From the NCBI GenBank assembly GCA_023484045.1, contig JAMDAA010000036.1, forward strand, positions 1 to 41,452: a stretch of DNA of 41,452 nt. Direction: 5' to 3'. The stretch's first letter is position 1. Every line of letters begins with the position of its first letter. This document shows, piece by piece, positions 1 through 8,831 of the stretch. Source of the DNA: Patescibacteria group bacterium (GTDB lineage Bacteria > Patescibacteriota > Microgenomatia > Levybacterales > UBA12049). The notes below the pieces were generated by a model. That model did no database searches and was not told the DNA's origin. It saw nothing but the letters and a program-made list of their open reading frames with translations. The position numbers were made by a program, and so were the translations under genes.

Positions 1-844
1 GCATCTCTTTGTTTTCAAGTAGATTATTAGTCGTCATCACTCTGTCGATCTTATCCGTAAAATTATGGTCTTTAGGGACACGATTTATGATATCAACGAT
101 CGATGGATTGTCTTTTTGTATGTCGAGCATTTTTTTGGCCGTGTCGTTTATTATTAAAAGTTCGTTATTTTTACTTATCATTAAAACTCCGTCTGCCATG
201 CTTTGGATCATCGCCATAAGTTTTCCTTTTTCTGTTGTTAAAACGTCCAAAAGTCTCGACAAAGCGTTTGAGGCCTGGTTTGTTATTTGATAAAGAATCG
301 TCATTTCATCTTCTTTGTAAAGGCCCTGCTTAATAGACGAGATGTTTATAAGGCCGACTACATTGCTATTAATAATAAGAGGAATATTAAAAAATGAGGC
401 TAGAGAAGAAAAATCACTTTCTTCGAGTGCGACACCGGATAAATTTTCGTCGACTATGGTCGGGATTTTTTCCGAGACAAGAGCAGAAAGAGACGCGAGC
501 ATTTTTCCTTTAATTTGATCGATAAAATTTTTACCAACCGGTTCTTCGACTATTGTTTTAAATATTAACTTATCGTCTTTTATGATCATAGAAGAGGTTG
601 TTGAATAAGGGAAAAGGTTTTTCAGACTTCCGGTTATTACATCGACCACTTTCTCGATATTTAATTCATAGCCGATGCGGTCTTGGATTTCTTTTAAAAT
701 CGAAATTTGATAGAGTTGTTGTTTATATTTCTTTTCCCGTTCTGTGAGGGTTCTTCTAGTTTTTTCTTCTTTAAAAGAGATTATCGCCGCGATCGCGGCA
801 AAAATTATAGTAGTGAATATAAATATGTGTTCGGGCAGTTCCAT
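1..844 (-). CDS. Membrane-anchored GAF-PAS sensor protein, probably a histidine kinase; truncated by the window edge
   Basis: Manually translated from ATG at 844, open to the edge. N-terminal TM (MELPEHIFIFTTIIFAAIAAII), GAF-like segment (FFNIPLIINSNVVGLINISS...YKEDEMTILYQITNQASNAL), PAS start (MIQSMADGVLMISKNNELLIINDTAKKML). The kinase core is outside the window. Confidence 0.8.
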   Translation of the reverse strand, partial: MELPEHIFIFTTIIFAAIAAIISFKEEKTRRTLTEREKKYKQQLYQISILKEIQDRIGYELNIEKVVDVITGSLKNLFPYSTTSSMIIKDDKLIFKTIVEEPVGKNFIDQIKGKMLASLSALVSEKIPTIVDENLSGVALEESDFSSLASFFNIPLIINSNVVGLINISSIKQGLYKEDEMTILYQITNQASNALSRLLDVLTTEKGKLMAMIQSMADGVLMISKNNELLIINDTAKKMLDIQKDNPSIVDIINRVPKDHNFTDKIDRVMTTNNLLENKEM

Positions 845-900
845 ACCTTAATAATTTGAAATTATTTTTAGTATAGCATTTTAAATACGAAGATTTAAAT

Positions 901-1236
901 CTATTTTGTGAGGGATTCGAGTTTATCTCCGGTGTTTTTGCTTCCGATGACAATAATATACGTTCCGATTACAAAGAGAGCCTCTTTAATAATCAAAACT
1001 GCCACGGAATAGATATTCGTGGAAAGTTGGAGATAAGAATTTACTGCGTCGATGATTATTCCCATCGCGATAAAAATTACGCCGATCGAAATGCTTTTGA
1101 ATCCCGAAGCAAGAATTCCGGTGCCGAATTTTTTGGTCACAGACGACATGATTACGCCGGCTGTGATCGCGGCGAATGCCGCGATAAAAGATCCCGCTTG
1201 GGCAATTATATTTAATAATCTATCGGTTTCGATCAT
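901..1236 (-). CDS. Small integral membrane protein (about 3 TM helices), unknown function
   Basis: 111-aa ORF with three hydrophobic segments, co-oriented and closely spaced between signalling genes. Confidence 0.75.
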   Translation of the reverse strand: MIETDRLLNIIAQAGSFIAAFAAITAGVIMSSVTKKFGTGILASGFKSISIGVIFIAMGIIIDAVNSYLQLSTNIYSVAVLIIKEALFVIGTYIIVIGSKNTGDKLESLTK

Positions 1237-1257
1237 GATTTATTACTAGCTTACTGG

Positions 1258-1710
1258 CTAGCCCGCTGGTTGGACGGGATTAGGCACTTCCGGATTTTCG
1301 GCAGGCGGTGGAGTAGTGGGGATTGATAAAGGTTGAGAAGTCTCGGAAATCGACGTAGGAGGTGTCGGGTTTGAATTTTGAGGTTGAGAAAGTTGCTCTG
1401 GAGTTATTGTTGGTTGAGCTATGGACTCGGGCTTTATTTGTTCTGTGACTAAGTTAGGGAAGTTTGCGAGTAAAGGCTCCATCGTTTTTTTTACGATAAG
1501 GCCCGAAAGTTCCATAAACTGTTCGATTAGTTTTTGTGTTACCTCTTGCGCGTTGCCGGATACTGCGGTTACGGTTCCATCGTCAGAAATTGTTAATTCT
1601 TTTACGTTTCGTGCTTTGGCAAGCGTTATATCGGGTCCCAAAATAACGATTTGTTTTTTTATAACCTCGCTTAATAGTTTTTTGTGATCTCCGTCTGTTT
1701 GCGGTTGCAT
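1258..1710 (-). CDS. Hypothetical protein with a compact N-terminal domain and Pro/Gln/Thr-rich tail
   Basis: 150-aa ORF starting 3 nt after the receiver gene stop. Confidence 0.75.
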   Translation of the reverse strand: MQPQTDGDHKKLLSEVIKKQIVILGPDITLAKARNVKELTISDDGTVTAVSGNAQEVTQKLIEQFMELSGLIVKKTMEPLLANFPNLVTEQIKPESIAQPTITPEQLSQPQNSNPTPPTSISETSQPLSIPTTPPPAENPEVPNPVQPAG

Positions 1711-1713
1711 AAA

Positions 1714-2097
1714 TTAATTAATCCCTTCCTTTTTTACCTTTAATATATCATTAATCTTCTTTACAAGATCCTCTGGCTCGATTTGATATTTCAAAATATA
1801 ATCCTCAGCGCCCTGTTTCATTGCTTCCTCGACAATTTCTTTTTGGCCAAAGTTTGAGAGCATCGCGACGGGAATCGATTGCGTTGCCTGGTCCTGCTTC
1901 AGCTTTGGCAACAGATCATTGCCTTTTACGTCCGGCAAGATCTGGTCGAGTAAGATTAGGTCCGGTTTTTGGTTCTTTGCCATTTCTAAACCGCTCGCAC
2001 CGTCTTTTGCCGTAATAACTTCGAAATTGTTTTTTTTAAGTGCCGTCGAAAAAATCGTAAGAATCGCATCGTCATCGTCGACGATCAGAATTTTCAT
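1714..2097 (-). CDS. Standalone response regulator receiver (CheY-like)
   Basis: KILIVDDD acidic pocket, DLILLD phosphoacceptor, LS switch and YILK; no output domain. Confidence 0.95.
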   Translation of the reverse strand: MKILIVDDDDAILTIFSTALKKNNFEVITAKDGASGLEMAKNQKPDLILLDQILPDVKGNDLLPKLKQDQATQSIPVAMLSNFGQKEIVEEAMKQGAEDYILKYQIEPEDLVKKINDILKVKKEGIN

Positions 2098-2268
2098 AAA
2101 GTAAGCTTACAATATTTACGCTAGCAGTTATTTTCTTAAAATGCAAGCCCTGAATTTTTCGGGGTAAGGGGTTTATTTATGCAATTAAGATAAGTTTTTT
2201 CTATAGGGTAATGTGAATATTATATTTATCCATCCCGCAGTTACTTTTTAAGAAATTTTAAAAAGATG

Positions 2269-2277
2269 TGGTACAAT
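2269..2277 (+). promoter_or_regulatory. Extended -10 element upstream of argS
   Basis: TG-G-TACAAT ending 10 nt before the ATG at 2288; no SD. Confidence 0.5.
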
Positions 2278-2287
2278 AAGAGTAATT

Positions 2288-4042
2288 ATGCCAATCGCAA
2301 AAAAACTGATAATTTCTGAAGTAAAAAAAATCTTAACAGAAATGGGGTTTAATGGTCTAGAACCCATAGTGGAAATTCCCCAAGATTTATCTCACGGCGA
2401 TTACACATCGAATATTGCAATGACAATATTCTCAAAATCAACCCTTCGACTTCGCTCAGGGCAAGATTTCAAATCACCGATGGAATTGGCCGAAAAAATA
2501 GTTCAAAAACTATTAGCCTCGCAAGGCGACGCCCTGCGAGGCAAGATTTTTAAAATAGAAGCTGGAAAACCGGGTTTCATAAATTTTTGGCTTTCGAATG
2601 AGTACTTATTTAATAGTTTGATACAGAGTGATAGACAAAGAGAGAAAGGAGATAAGTCGCTTGACGGTAAGAAGATTCTGGTTGAGTATGCGCACCCCAA
2701 TACGCATAAAGAATTCCATATTGGACATTTAAGAACAGCTGTAATTGGTGAGTCGATATCAAGACTTATTGAATACGAAGCAGGAAAAGTTCTCAGAACT
2801 AATTATCAAGGAGACATTGGGCCACATGTGGCCAAAGCCATCTTTGGCCTAATTCATAATTCAGAATTCATAATTCAGAATGCGGAGCAAAGACCGCTTG
2901 GGGAACGGATTAAATTTCTTGCCCAGGGTTATGCGAAGGGGAATAAGGCGTATGAGGAAAACGACGAAGCCAGAAAAGAAATTCAGGAAATAAATGTCAG
3001 TTTGTATAAGGGAGAGGAAAAATATAAAGAAATCTGGGAAACAACTAGACAATGGAGTTTAGAATATTTTGAAACAATTTATAAAAAGCTCGGTATAAAA
3101 TTTGACAGATTGTTTTTTGAAAGCGAAACATTCCAAAGGGGGAAAGAGATTGTGTTGAAATATTTGGATGGAATCTTCAAAAAAGACCAAGGGGCGATCA
3201 TTTTCAAAGGGGAAGACTATGGACTTCATAACCGCGTTTTTGTCACCTCAGAAGGCTATGCAACATATGAGGGAAAGGAAATGGCCTTGGCCTTTTTGGA
3301 ATATGAAGCATTTCCTTTTGATCTTGCTCTTCACGTCGTCGCGCAAGAACAAGAAGGATATTTTAAAGTCGTTTTTAAGGCGTTGGAATTGATCGACCCC
3401 AAGTTCAAAAATTCCGAGAAACATCTGTCTTACGGGATGGTCGAGCTAAAGACCGGAAAAATGTCGTCAAGGAGCGGAAATATTATAAGCGCTTTTTGGC
3501 TTATCAACGAAGCGAAAAAAAAGATAAAAAAAGAGTTCACAGAAATCGGTGAAGAAGTGGCCGAAAAGGTGGCAGTAGGTGCGGTTAAATACTCGATGTT
3601 AAGATTTGCGAAGAATTCGAATATCAGTTTTTCTTTTGATGAGTCAATAACACTTCAGGGAAATTCTGGGCCATATCTCCAATACACGTACGCTCGCACA
3701 CAAAGTGTGCTAGCTAAAACTCAAAACTCAAAACTAAAAGATCAAACTCAAAACTTAAAGATCAAAACTAAGGACCTAAATCTCGAGGCGGAGGAGGCGG
3801 CGGTTTTGCGTCAGTTAATCCAGTTTGAAGAGGTAGTCAATAGTGCGGCAGAAAACTTTGCCCCAAACTTAATTTGTAATTATATTTTCGATTTAGCCCA
3901 AAAATTTAATCTTTTTTATCAAAAATACCCGATTTTAAAAAGCGAAAAAGAAGAATTCAGACTTATGCTTAATGAAGCAGTCGGAGACAGGCTCAAAGAA
4001 GGCTTAAATCTTCTAGGAATAGAGGCACTCGAAAGAATGTAG
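2288..4042 (+). CDS. argS: Arginine--tRNA ligase
   Basis: HGDYTSN N-domain, GFINF, PNTHKEFHIGHLR (HIGH), KMSSRSG, GPYLQYTYAR and C-terminal LGIEALERM. Confidence 0.98.
   Translation: MPIAKKLIISEVKKILTEMGFNGLEPIVEIPQDLSHGDYTSNIAMTIFSKSTLRLRSGQDFKSPMELAEKIVQKLLASQGDALRGKIFKIEAGKPGFINFWLSNEYLFNSLIQSDRQREKGDKSLDGKKILVEYAHPNTHKEFHIGHLRTAVIGESISRLIEYEAGKVLRTNYQGDIGPHVAKAIFGLIHNSEFIIQNAEQRPLGERIKFLAQGYAKGNKAYEENDEARKEIQEINVSLYKGEEKYKEIWETTRQWSLEYFETIYKKLGIKFDRLFFESETFQRGKEIVLKYLDGIFKKDQGAIIFKGEDYGLHNRVFVTSEGYATYEGKEMALAFLEYEAFPFDLALHVVAQEQEGYFKVVFKALELIDPKFKNSEKHLSYGMVELKTGKMSSRSGNIISAFWLINEAKKKIKKEFTEIGEEVAEKVAVGAVKYSMLRFAKNSNISFSFDESITLQGNSGPYLQYTYARTQSVLAKTQNSKLKDQTQNLKIKTKDLNLEAEEAAVLRQLIQFEEVVNSAAENFAPNLICNYIFDLAQKFNLFYQKYPILKSEKEEFRLMLNEAVGDRLKEGLNLLGIEALERM
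2442..2461. repeat. Small hairpin element in frame within argS
   Basis: CCCT-TCGACTTCGCTC-AGGG; the same TTCGAC..GCTCAG core recurs at 22108-22157. Confidence 0.7.
2516..2542. repeat. Palindromic element in frame within argS
   Basis: GCCTCGCA-A-GGC-GAC-GCC-C-TGCGAGGC; encodes ASQGDALRG. Confidence 0.75.
2851..2881. repeat. 7-nt tandem array inside argS
   Basis: AATTCAT AATTCAG AATTCAT AATTCAG AAT. Confidence 0.85.
3716..3784. repeat. Degenerate 7-nt tandem array inside argS
   Basis: AAAACTC AAAACTC AAAACTA AAAGATC AAACTC AAAACTT AAAGATC AAAACTA AGGACCT AAATCTC. Confidence 0.8.
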
Positions 4043-4070
4043 ACATGTCAAGGTGTAACCTTTACATGTC
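4042..4070. repeat. REP-like palindrome (ACATGTNAAGG-N5-CCTTTACAT family)
   Basis: GACATGTCAAGG-TGTAA-CCTTTACATGTC; near-identical copies within 8832-8870 and 9729-9765. Confidence 0.85.
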
Positions 4071-4108
4071 GTCTGTTTTGCGGTCACAACGCTTTTTGTG
4101 GATCGTTT

Positions 4109-4186
4109 TTACTGACTTCAAAAACGGGCGAAATACTTAAAGCCGGCCTCAAACTATTAGGTATCGAATCTCCTGAGAAAATGTAG
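4109..4186 (+). pseudogene. Orphan divergent copy of the argS 3' end
   Basis: Translates LLTSKTGEILKAGLKLLGIESPEKM*, aligning without gaps to the argS end MLNEAVGDRLKEGLNLLGIEALERM*; no in-frame ATG seen. Confidence 0.85.
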
Positions 4187-4223
4187 CTTGACAAATAAAG
4201 AGAAAAGTAATATTAATTGTCGA

Positions 4224-4685
4224 ATGCAGGTCTTAGAAGCTTTAGGAAAAATAACGGGAAGGCCTCTGTATGTAGAGCAGCAAAGAGCAAGACTTTGTTT
4301 AAAAAAATCAGTAAGAGCTTTAAAAGAAGCAGGCGCTAGTAAAACAGCAAAGAGAGTAAAAAGGGAGGTGTTTGGAGGATTAGCAGATATAACTAAGATA
4401 GGCGATAACAGCGGGGCGAGAGGATTTAGAATCGAGGGATTCGATGCTGACTGCAGGCGTGTGATTTTTGAGATAGAGGCTCATACAATTAGCCCAAACG
4501 GGAGTTTGTCTATTGTATATAGATCAGAGGATGAGTCGGTTATAAAATATAGAAGGAGTCTTTTGACAATAGAAGAAAACGGGAAGAAAATAGAAGAATG
4601 GAGGGATAAAGAAAAAGTTGAATCCGTAACGGCGGAAGCAATTCGTTCTATATTAAAACCTTACTCTACTGTCGATGACGACTGA
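4224..4685 (+). CDS. Hypothetical protein
   Basis: ORF track 4188..4685. The TTG at 4188 is more likely part of a TTGACA -35 box, so the ATG at 4224 is preferred. No motif recognised. Confidence 0.65.
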   Translation: MQVLEALGKITGRPLYVEQQRARLCLKKSVRALKEAGASKTAKRVKREVFGGLADITKIGDNSGARGFRIEGFDADCRRVIFEIEAHTISPNGSLSIVYRSEDESVIKYRRSLLTIEENGKKIEEWRDKEKVESVTAEAIRSILKPYSTVDDD

Positions 4686-4773
4686 TGTTGTTTCATTAAT
4701 TTACCTTTTGATCTAGTCTCTTGGCAAACGAAAATAAAAGTGGTAGAATGGAACCCTAGATAAAGAATTCTTG

Positions 4774-4883
4774 AAGTAGGAAGTTGGATGTTCTTGAAAT
4801 TGAATATTTGAAGATTTAAACTTTTGATCAAAAGATCAGGATTTAAAGAAATCAAATTCAAATAGTCCAATTTCTAACTCCAA
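4774..4883. repeat. Degenerate inverted 7-nt arrays around a central palindrome
   Basis: AAGTAGG AAGTTGG ... CTTTTGATCAAAAG (perfect 14 bp, 4821-4834) ... TCCAATT TCTAACT CCAA. Confidence 0.5.
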
Positions 4884-4896
4884 AAAATCAGTTAAT

Positions 4897-6183
4897 ATGA
4901 ATTATCACCGAACAACTCTTCCAAACGGCCTCAGAGTAATAAGTATCCCGATGCCCTCGCTCGAAAGCGCAACCGTTTTAGTCGTCGTCGGAGCAGGAAG
5001 CAGATTCGAAAACAAAAACAACAACGGAATTTCTCATTTTCTAGAACACATGGCGTTTAAAGGAACGAAAAAAAGACCGTCGGCAATACAGATTTCGACT
5101 TTAATCGACGGAGTCGGGGGAGAATGCAACGCGTTTACGGGCAAAGAAGAAACCGGTTTTTATATAAAATCGGCCGCAAATCAGGTCGAACTTTCCTTTG
5201 ATATATTATCCGACATGCTTCAGAACTCTCTTTTTGACCCGAAAGAAATAAATAAAGAGCGCGGAGTTATTTTGGAAGAAATTAATTTATACGAGGACAC
5301 ACCGATGCGTAAAATAGGAGATGTTTACGAGTCGCTTTTGTACGGAAATACGCCGATGGGTTGGGATATCGCGGGCAAAAAAGAAATAATTAAAAAAATC
5401 CATAAAAAAGATTTTGTAGATTATATGAAAAATCTTTATAGCGCGAATAATATTGTAATAATAGTTGCCGGAGGAATTAAGCACAATAAAATTGTTCAAT
5501 TTACAGAAAAGTATTTCGGAAAAATGAAGCGTTTTGATACATTAAAATATATTAAGACGATAGAAAAACAAAAAGAACCGAAGTTAACCGTAAAGCCAAA
5601 AAAAACAGAACAAGTTCACATCGCTTTGGGTGTTAGGACAGTTCCGGTTAATCATTCGCACAAATATCCTTTAATGCTTTTAGCGTCAATTTTAGGCGGA
5701 GGAATGAGTTCGCGGCTTTTCCACGAAGTAAGGGAAAAAAGGGGACTCGCGTATTACGTAAGAACTTCTTCGGAGCATTATGAAGACTGCGGAAATCTTA
5801 CTTCTTACGCCGGAGTCGATTCGAAAAGAGTTCAAGAGGCAGTTTCTGTGATACTTTCGCAATACAAGAAAATAAGAAATGGTCTTTTGAATTCAACTTC
5901 TAAAGTTAAAGTAAACGAGTTAAAGAAGGCGAAAGAATTTGTTAAAGGACATTTAATTTTAGAACTTGAAGATAGCCGGTCGGTCGCGGCGTTCTACGCG
6001 AGTCAGGAATTATTGGAAAAACAGATTGACACACCAGAACAGGTTTTAGAGAAAATCGAAAAAGTTACGGTTGAAGATATCGAAGAAGTCGCGAAAAAAT
6101 ATTTTGTCAATAAAAATTTAAACTTAGCTGTGATCGGAAATTTTAACCACGGACAAAGACTCGAAAAAATCCTCGCACTCTAA
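4897..6183 (+). CDS. M16 family zinc metallopeptidase (M16B type)
   Basis: TLPNGL start, inverted zinc motif HFLEH, NAFT, LGGGMSSRLFHEVREKRGLAY. Confidence 0.96.
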   Translation: MNYHRTTLPNGLRVISIPMPSLESATVLVVVGAGSRFENKNNNGISHFLEHMAFKGTKKRPSAIQISTLIDGVGGECNAFTGKEETGFYIKSAANQVELSFDILSDMLQNSLFDPKEINKERGVILEEINLYEDTPMRKIGDVYESLLYGNTPMGWDIAGKKEIIKKIHKKDFVDYMKNLYSANNIVIIVAGGIKHNKIVQFTEKYFGKMKRFDTLKYIKTIEKQKEPKLTVKPKKTEQVHIALGVRTVPVNHSHKYPLMLLASILGGGMSSRLFHEVREKRGLAYYVRTSSEHYEDCGNLTSYAGVDSKRVQEAVSVILSQYKKIRNGLLNSTSKVKVNELKKAKEFVKGHLILELEDSRSVAAFYASQELLEKQIDTPEQVLEKIEKVTVEDIEEVAKKYFVNKNLNLAVIGNFNHGQRLEKILAL

Positions 6184-6233
6184 TCTTCTAAATTTGTGAG
6201 TTAAATTTTAAAATGCTATAGTCAAATTGTTTC

Positions 6234-7355
6234 ATGAGAGGAGAAAAAACGGCTACATCGTTATCGGGAACAATAGATACGGGCAGATTGATTGATTCAG
6301 TTAGAACCGAAGAACCTCAACTTTCCATCATCGACGTAGGTAGATCAGTAGAAGCTATTAGAAGAATACAAGTAGCTGAAAATTGGTTGAGGAAGAAAAA
6401 ATTACAGAAAGGCGATTCTCCATTTTCGATAGAAGATTTAAAAGTAATTGTTCCAGTATTACGACAAACTCCTATTGGTCAAATAGAAAGTTTATTGACT
6501 TCGTCGGGTAATTGTACAAGTTCAGATACAGATCAAAGTAGTATGGTAGACATGCTACTGCATGATTTAAAAACTCCAGAAGTGCTCCTTGGGATAACAG
6601 GCATGGGTTTTTTTAGTCAGTATGAGAGGAGTTTGTTTAAAGGAGATGAGTCTAAAATAAAATTATGGACTGATTTTGTGGAAAAATATGCACTATTTTT
6701 TGATCCTGCTTTTTTAGCGCACCAAAGGCGTGTTTTGCAAAGTGTCCAAACACACACGCAGGAAGAAATAAAGGCGATCGAACCAATTCCATTAAAATTT
6801 TTATTGGAAGATTTATCGGTAATATTTGCGGGTTTAAACATTGCCCGGCCATCTGAAGAACCTGTTTCTTTTAGTTATGCCTGCGCTGATGATATTCTAA
6901 TACGTAACGAAGCCAAAATTTATATAATAATTTACAATCTTTGTAAAAATGCTTTTAAAGTGATGAATCCAACTTACGGGGTAGAATCCCCGGAGGGAGG
7001 GGGAAAGATTGTAGTAAAGGCAATAACTCACAATGAAACTAAAGGGAGAGATTCATTGGAGATTACGGTTTCTGATAACGGACCTGGTATTGATTCAAAT
7101 TTAGTTATAAATAAAGCTTTGGAAATGGGACTAATAGGTCAGGCGGAAGCTTTTTCTATGAGAGTAACCCCTAGTAAAGCGTTACCTTTAATCTTCAAAT
7201 CGGGCTTTTCTCTTGGTAATAGTACTGGATTGGGACTTGCAATTTGTAGACAAAATCTAAAAAAAATAGATGGGGAAAAAGATGGAAGAATATTTGTCGA
7301 TAGTGAAATAGGAAAAGGCACTCGTTTTACCATAACACTTCCGTGTGCGGCCTAA
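6234..7355 (+). CDS. Soluble histidine kinase-like protein (HATPase_c)
   Basis: H-box LLHDLKTP, N-box YNLCKNAFK, G1 DNGPGI, F-box IFKSGFS, G2 GLGLAI and GKGTRFTITLP. Confidence 0.88.
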   Translation: MRGEKTATSLSGTIDTGRLIDSVRTEEPQLSIIDVGRSVEAIRRIQVAENWLRKKKLQKGDSPFSIEDLKVIVPVLRQTPIGQIESLLTSSGNCTSSDTDQSSMVDMLLHDLKTPEVLLGITGMGFFSQYERSLFKGDESKIKLWTDFVEKYALFFDPAFLAHQRRVLQSVQTHTQEEIKAIEPIPLKFLLEDLSVIFAGLNIARPSEEPVSFSYACADDILIRNEAKIYIIIYNLCKNAFKVMNPTYGVESPEGGGKIVVKAITHNETKGRDSLEITVSDNGPGIDSNLVINKALEMGLIGQAEAFSMRVTPSKALPLIFKSGFSLGNSTGLGLAICRQNLKKIDGEKDGRIFVDSEIGKGTRFTITLPCAA

Positions 7356-7364
7356 GTTTTTTTA

Positions 7365-7393
7365 TTGACTTTTCTTTTAATCCTTCTTATGAT
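7365..7393 (+). promoter_or_regulatory. Sigma70-type promoter of ndk
   Basis: TTGACT-17 nt-TATGAT, 12 nt before the ATG at 7406. Confidence 0.65.
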
Positions 7394-7405
7394 ATAAATG
7401 AATTT

Positions 7406-7978
7406 ATGGAACAGACAGTAGTTTTAATAAAACCGGATGGGGTTAAAAGGGGACTCATCGGCGAAATAATTCACCGATTCGAACGAATGGGACTCAAAAT
7501 TGTGGCGATGAAAATGGTTTGGGCTACAGAAGATATGCTTCACAAACACTATGGAACAGATAAAGAATCAACGATTTTAAGACTCGGTAACAAAACACTT
7601 CAAACATACACAAAATACGGCAAAGATGCAAAGAAAGATTTAGGCACAGATGATCCAAAAGAGCTTGGTAAGATGGTTGTTAAATGGCTTTTAGATTATG
7701 TTCAGTCGGGGCCGATTGTTGCTGTTCTTGTTGAGGGAAAGCACGCGGTAGAAAATATGATTACTCTTGCCGGACCGACTATGCCCGTTTCTGCGCAGGC
7801 AGGAACAATTCGTGGTGATTATTCAACCGATTCAGCAGCCTACGCAAATGCAGAAAAGCGGGGAGTTTCCAATTTAATTCATGTCTCAGGAAGTATCGAA
7901 GAGGCAAATTTTGAGAAAACACTCTGGTTTACCCCCGAAGAAATCCATAATTATAAAAGAGTTGAAGAGCTTCTCTAA
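7406..7978 (+). CDS. ndk: Nucleoside diphosphate kinase
   Basis: MEQTVVLIKPDGVKRGLIGEIIHRFE, SGPIVA, GTIRGD and NLIHVS active His; start moved to ATG 7406. Confidence 0.96.
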   Translation: MEQTVVLIKPDGVKRGLIGEIIHRFERMGLKIVAMKMVWATEDMLHKHYGTDKESTILRLGNKTLQTYTKYGKDAKKDLGTDDPKELGKMVVKWLLDYVQSGPIVAVLVEGKHAVENMITLAGPTMPVSAQAGTIRGDYSTDSAAYANAEKRGVSNLIHVSGSIEEANFEKTLWFTPEEIHNYKRVEELL

Positions 7979-8700
7979 TTACTTTTATTAATTTCTTCTA
8001 AAATTAATCGTTTTAATTCTTCGTAGCTAGCCGGGTTTTCGATTCTTTTTCCGTTCAGAAAAAATGTTGGCGTAGCTGTGATTTCGGATTCTCCGCCTTT
8101 TAAATCTTCATTAATCTTTTTCTTAACCTCATCGGAATTATAATCGGCCTGAAATTTTGTTAAATCTAATTTTATCGATTCTGCGTATTTTGTAAAAATT
8201 TTCTCGGCGTCTTTTTGTCCGGCCCATTCAGTCTGTTTTTCAAACAAAATGTTTTGCATCTCCTTAAATTTCCCTTGCTTGTAAGCCGCAAAGCCGGCTT
8301 TTGCCGCTGGAATCGAGGTTTGGTGTTGGGGAAGAGGAAAAAACCGATAAACATATAAAACTTTATCGTTGATCTCGTTTAATAATTGTTTAACCATTAT
8401 GTGATACTGCGCGCACGCCGGGCACTCAAAATCTGAGTATTCTATTAATATAGCTTTTGAGCTATTATTTCCTAGTTTGATGTCTTTTACAGAAACAGCA
8501 GGAATATTCGCGGGTTTTTTCGGAGCGTTTATCAACTTAAATAGCCCGAAGATTATAAGGATTATAAAGATCGGGATACCAATCCATATTAGTAATTTTT
8601 TGATCATGTTTCTTTGTTTTAACGTCGCTTCTTTTTCTACTTTTTCGATCTTTTTAATCTCTTCTTTTTCTCTCTTAGTAAGTTTTTGACCGTGGTCCAT
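7975..8700 (-). CDS. Membrane-anchored DsbA/BdbD-like thiol-disulfide oxidoreductase
   Basis: TM anchor, EYSDFECPAC, RFFPL and cis-Pro loop ATPTFFLNG. Confidence 0.92.
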   Translation of the reverse strand: MDHGQKLTKREKEEIKKIEKVEKEATLKQRNMIKKLLIWIGIPIFIILIIFGLFKLINAPKKPANIPAVSVKDIKLGNNSSKAILIEYSDFECPACAQYHIMVKQLLNEINDKVLYVYRFFPLPQHQTSIPAAKAGFAAYKQGKFKEMQNILFEKQTEWAGQKDAEKIFTKYAESIKLDLTKFQADYNSDEVKKKINEDLKGGESEITATPTFFLNGKRIENPASYEELKRLILEEINKSN

Positions 8701-8831
8701 AGATTTTAAATCTTACCATATTTTAATCCCGAATCTCAACCCCCCCCCGGTTCGCCGCACGAAATTTATATTAACGATTCCGTATCGTTATTACGTTATT
8801 ATTCGTTACATTTTGATTCTAATTACCGCGT

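Noticed and set aside
9-953. ORFs 9..290 (+) and 771..953 (-)
   Set aside because: Shadows of, or overlaps with, the GAF-PAS sensor ORF and its neighbour; no independent coding evidence.
4661-4870. 69-aa ORF on the - strand
   Set aside because: Low-complexity translation of heptad repeats, overlapping a promoter region.
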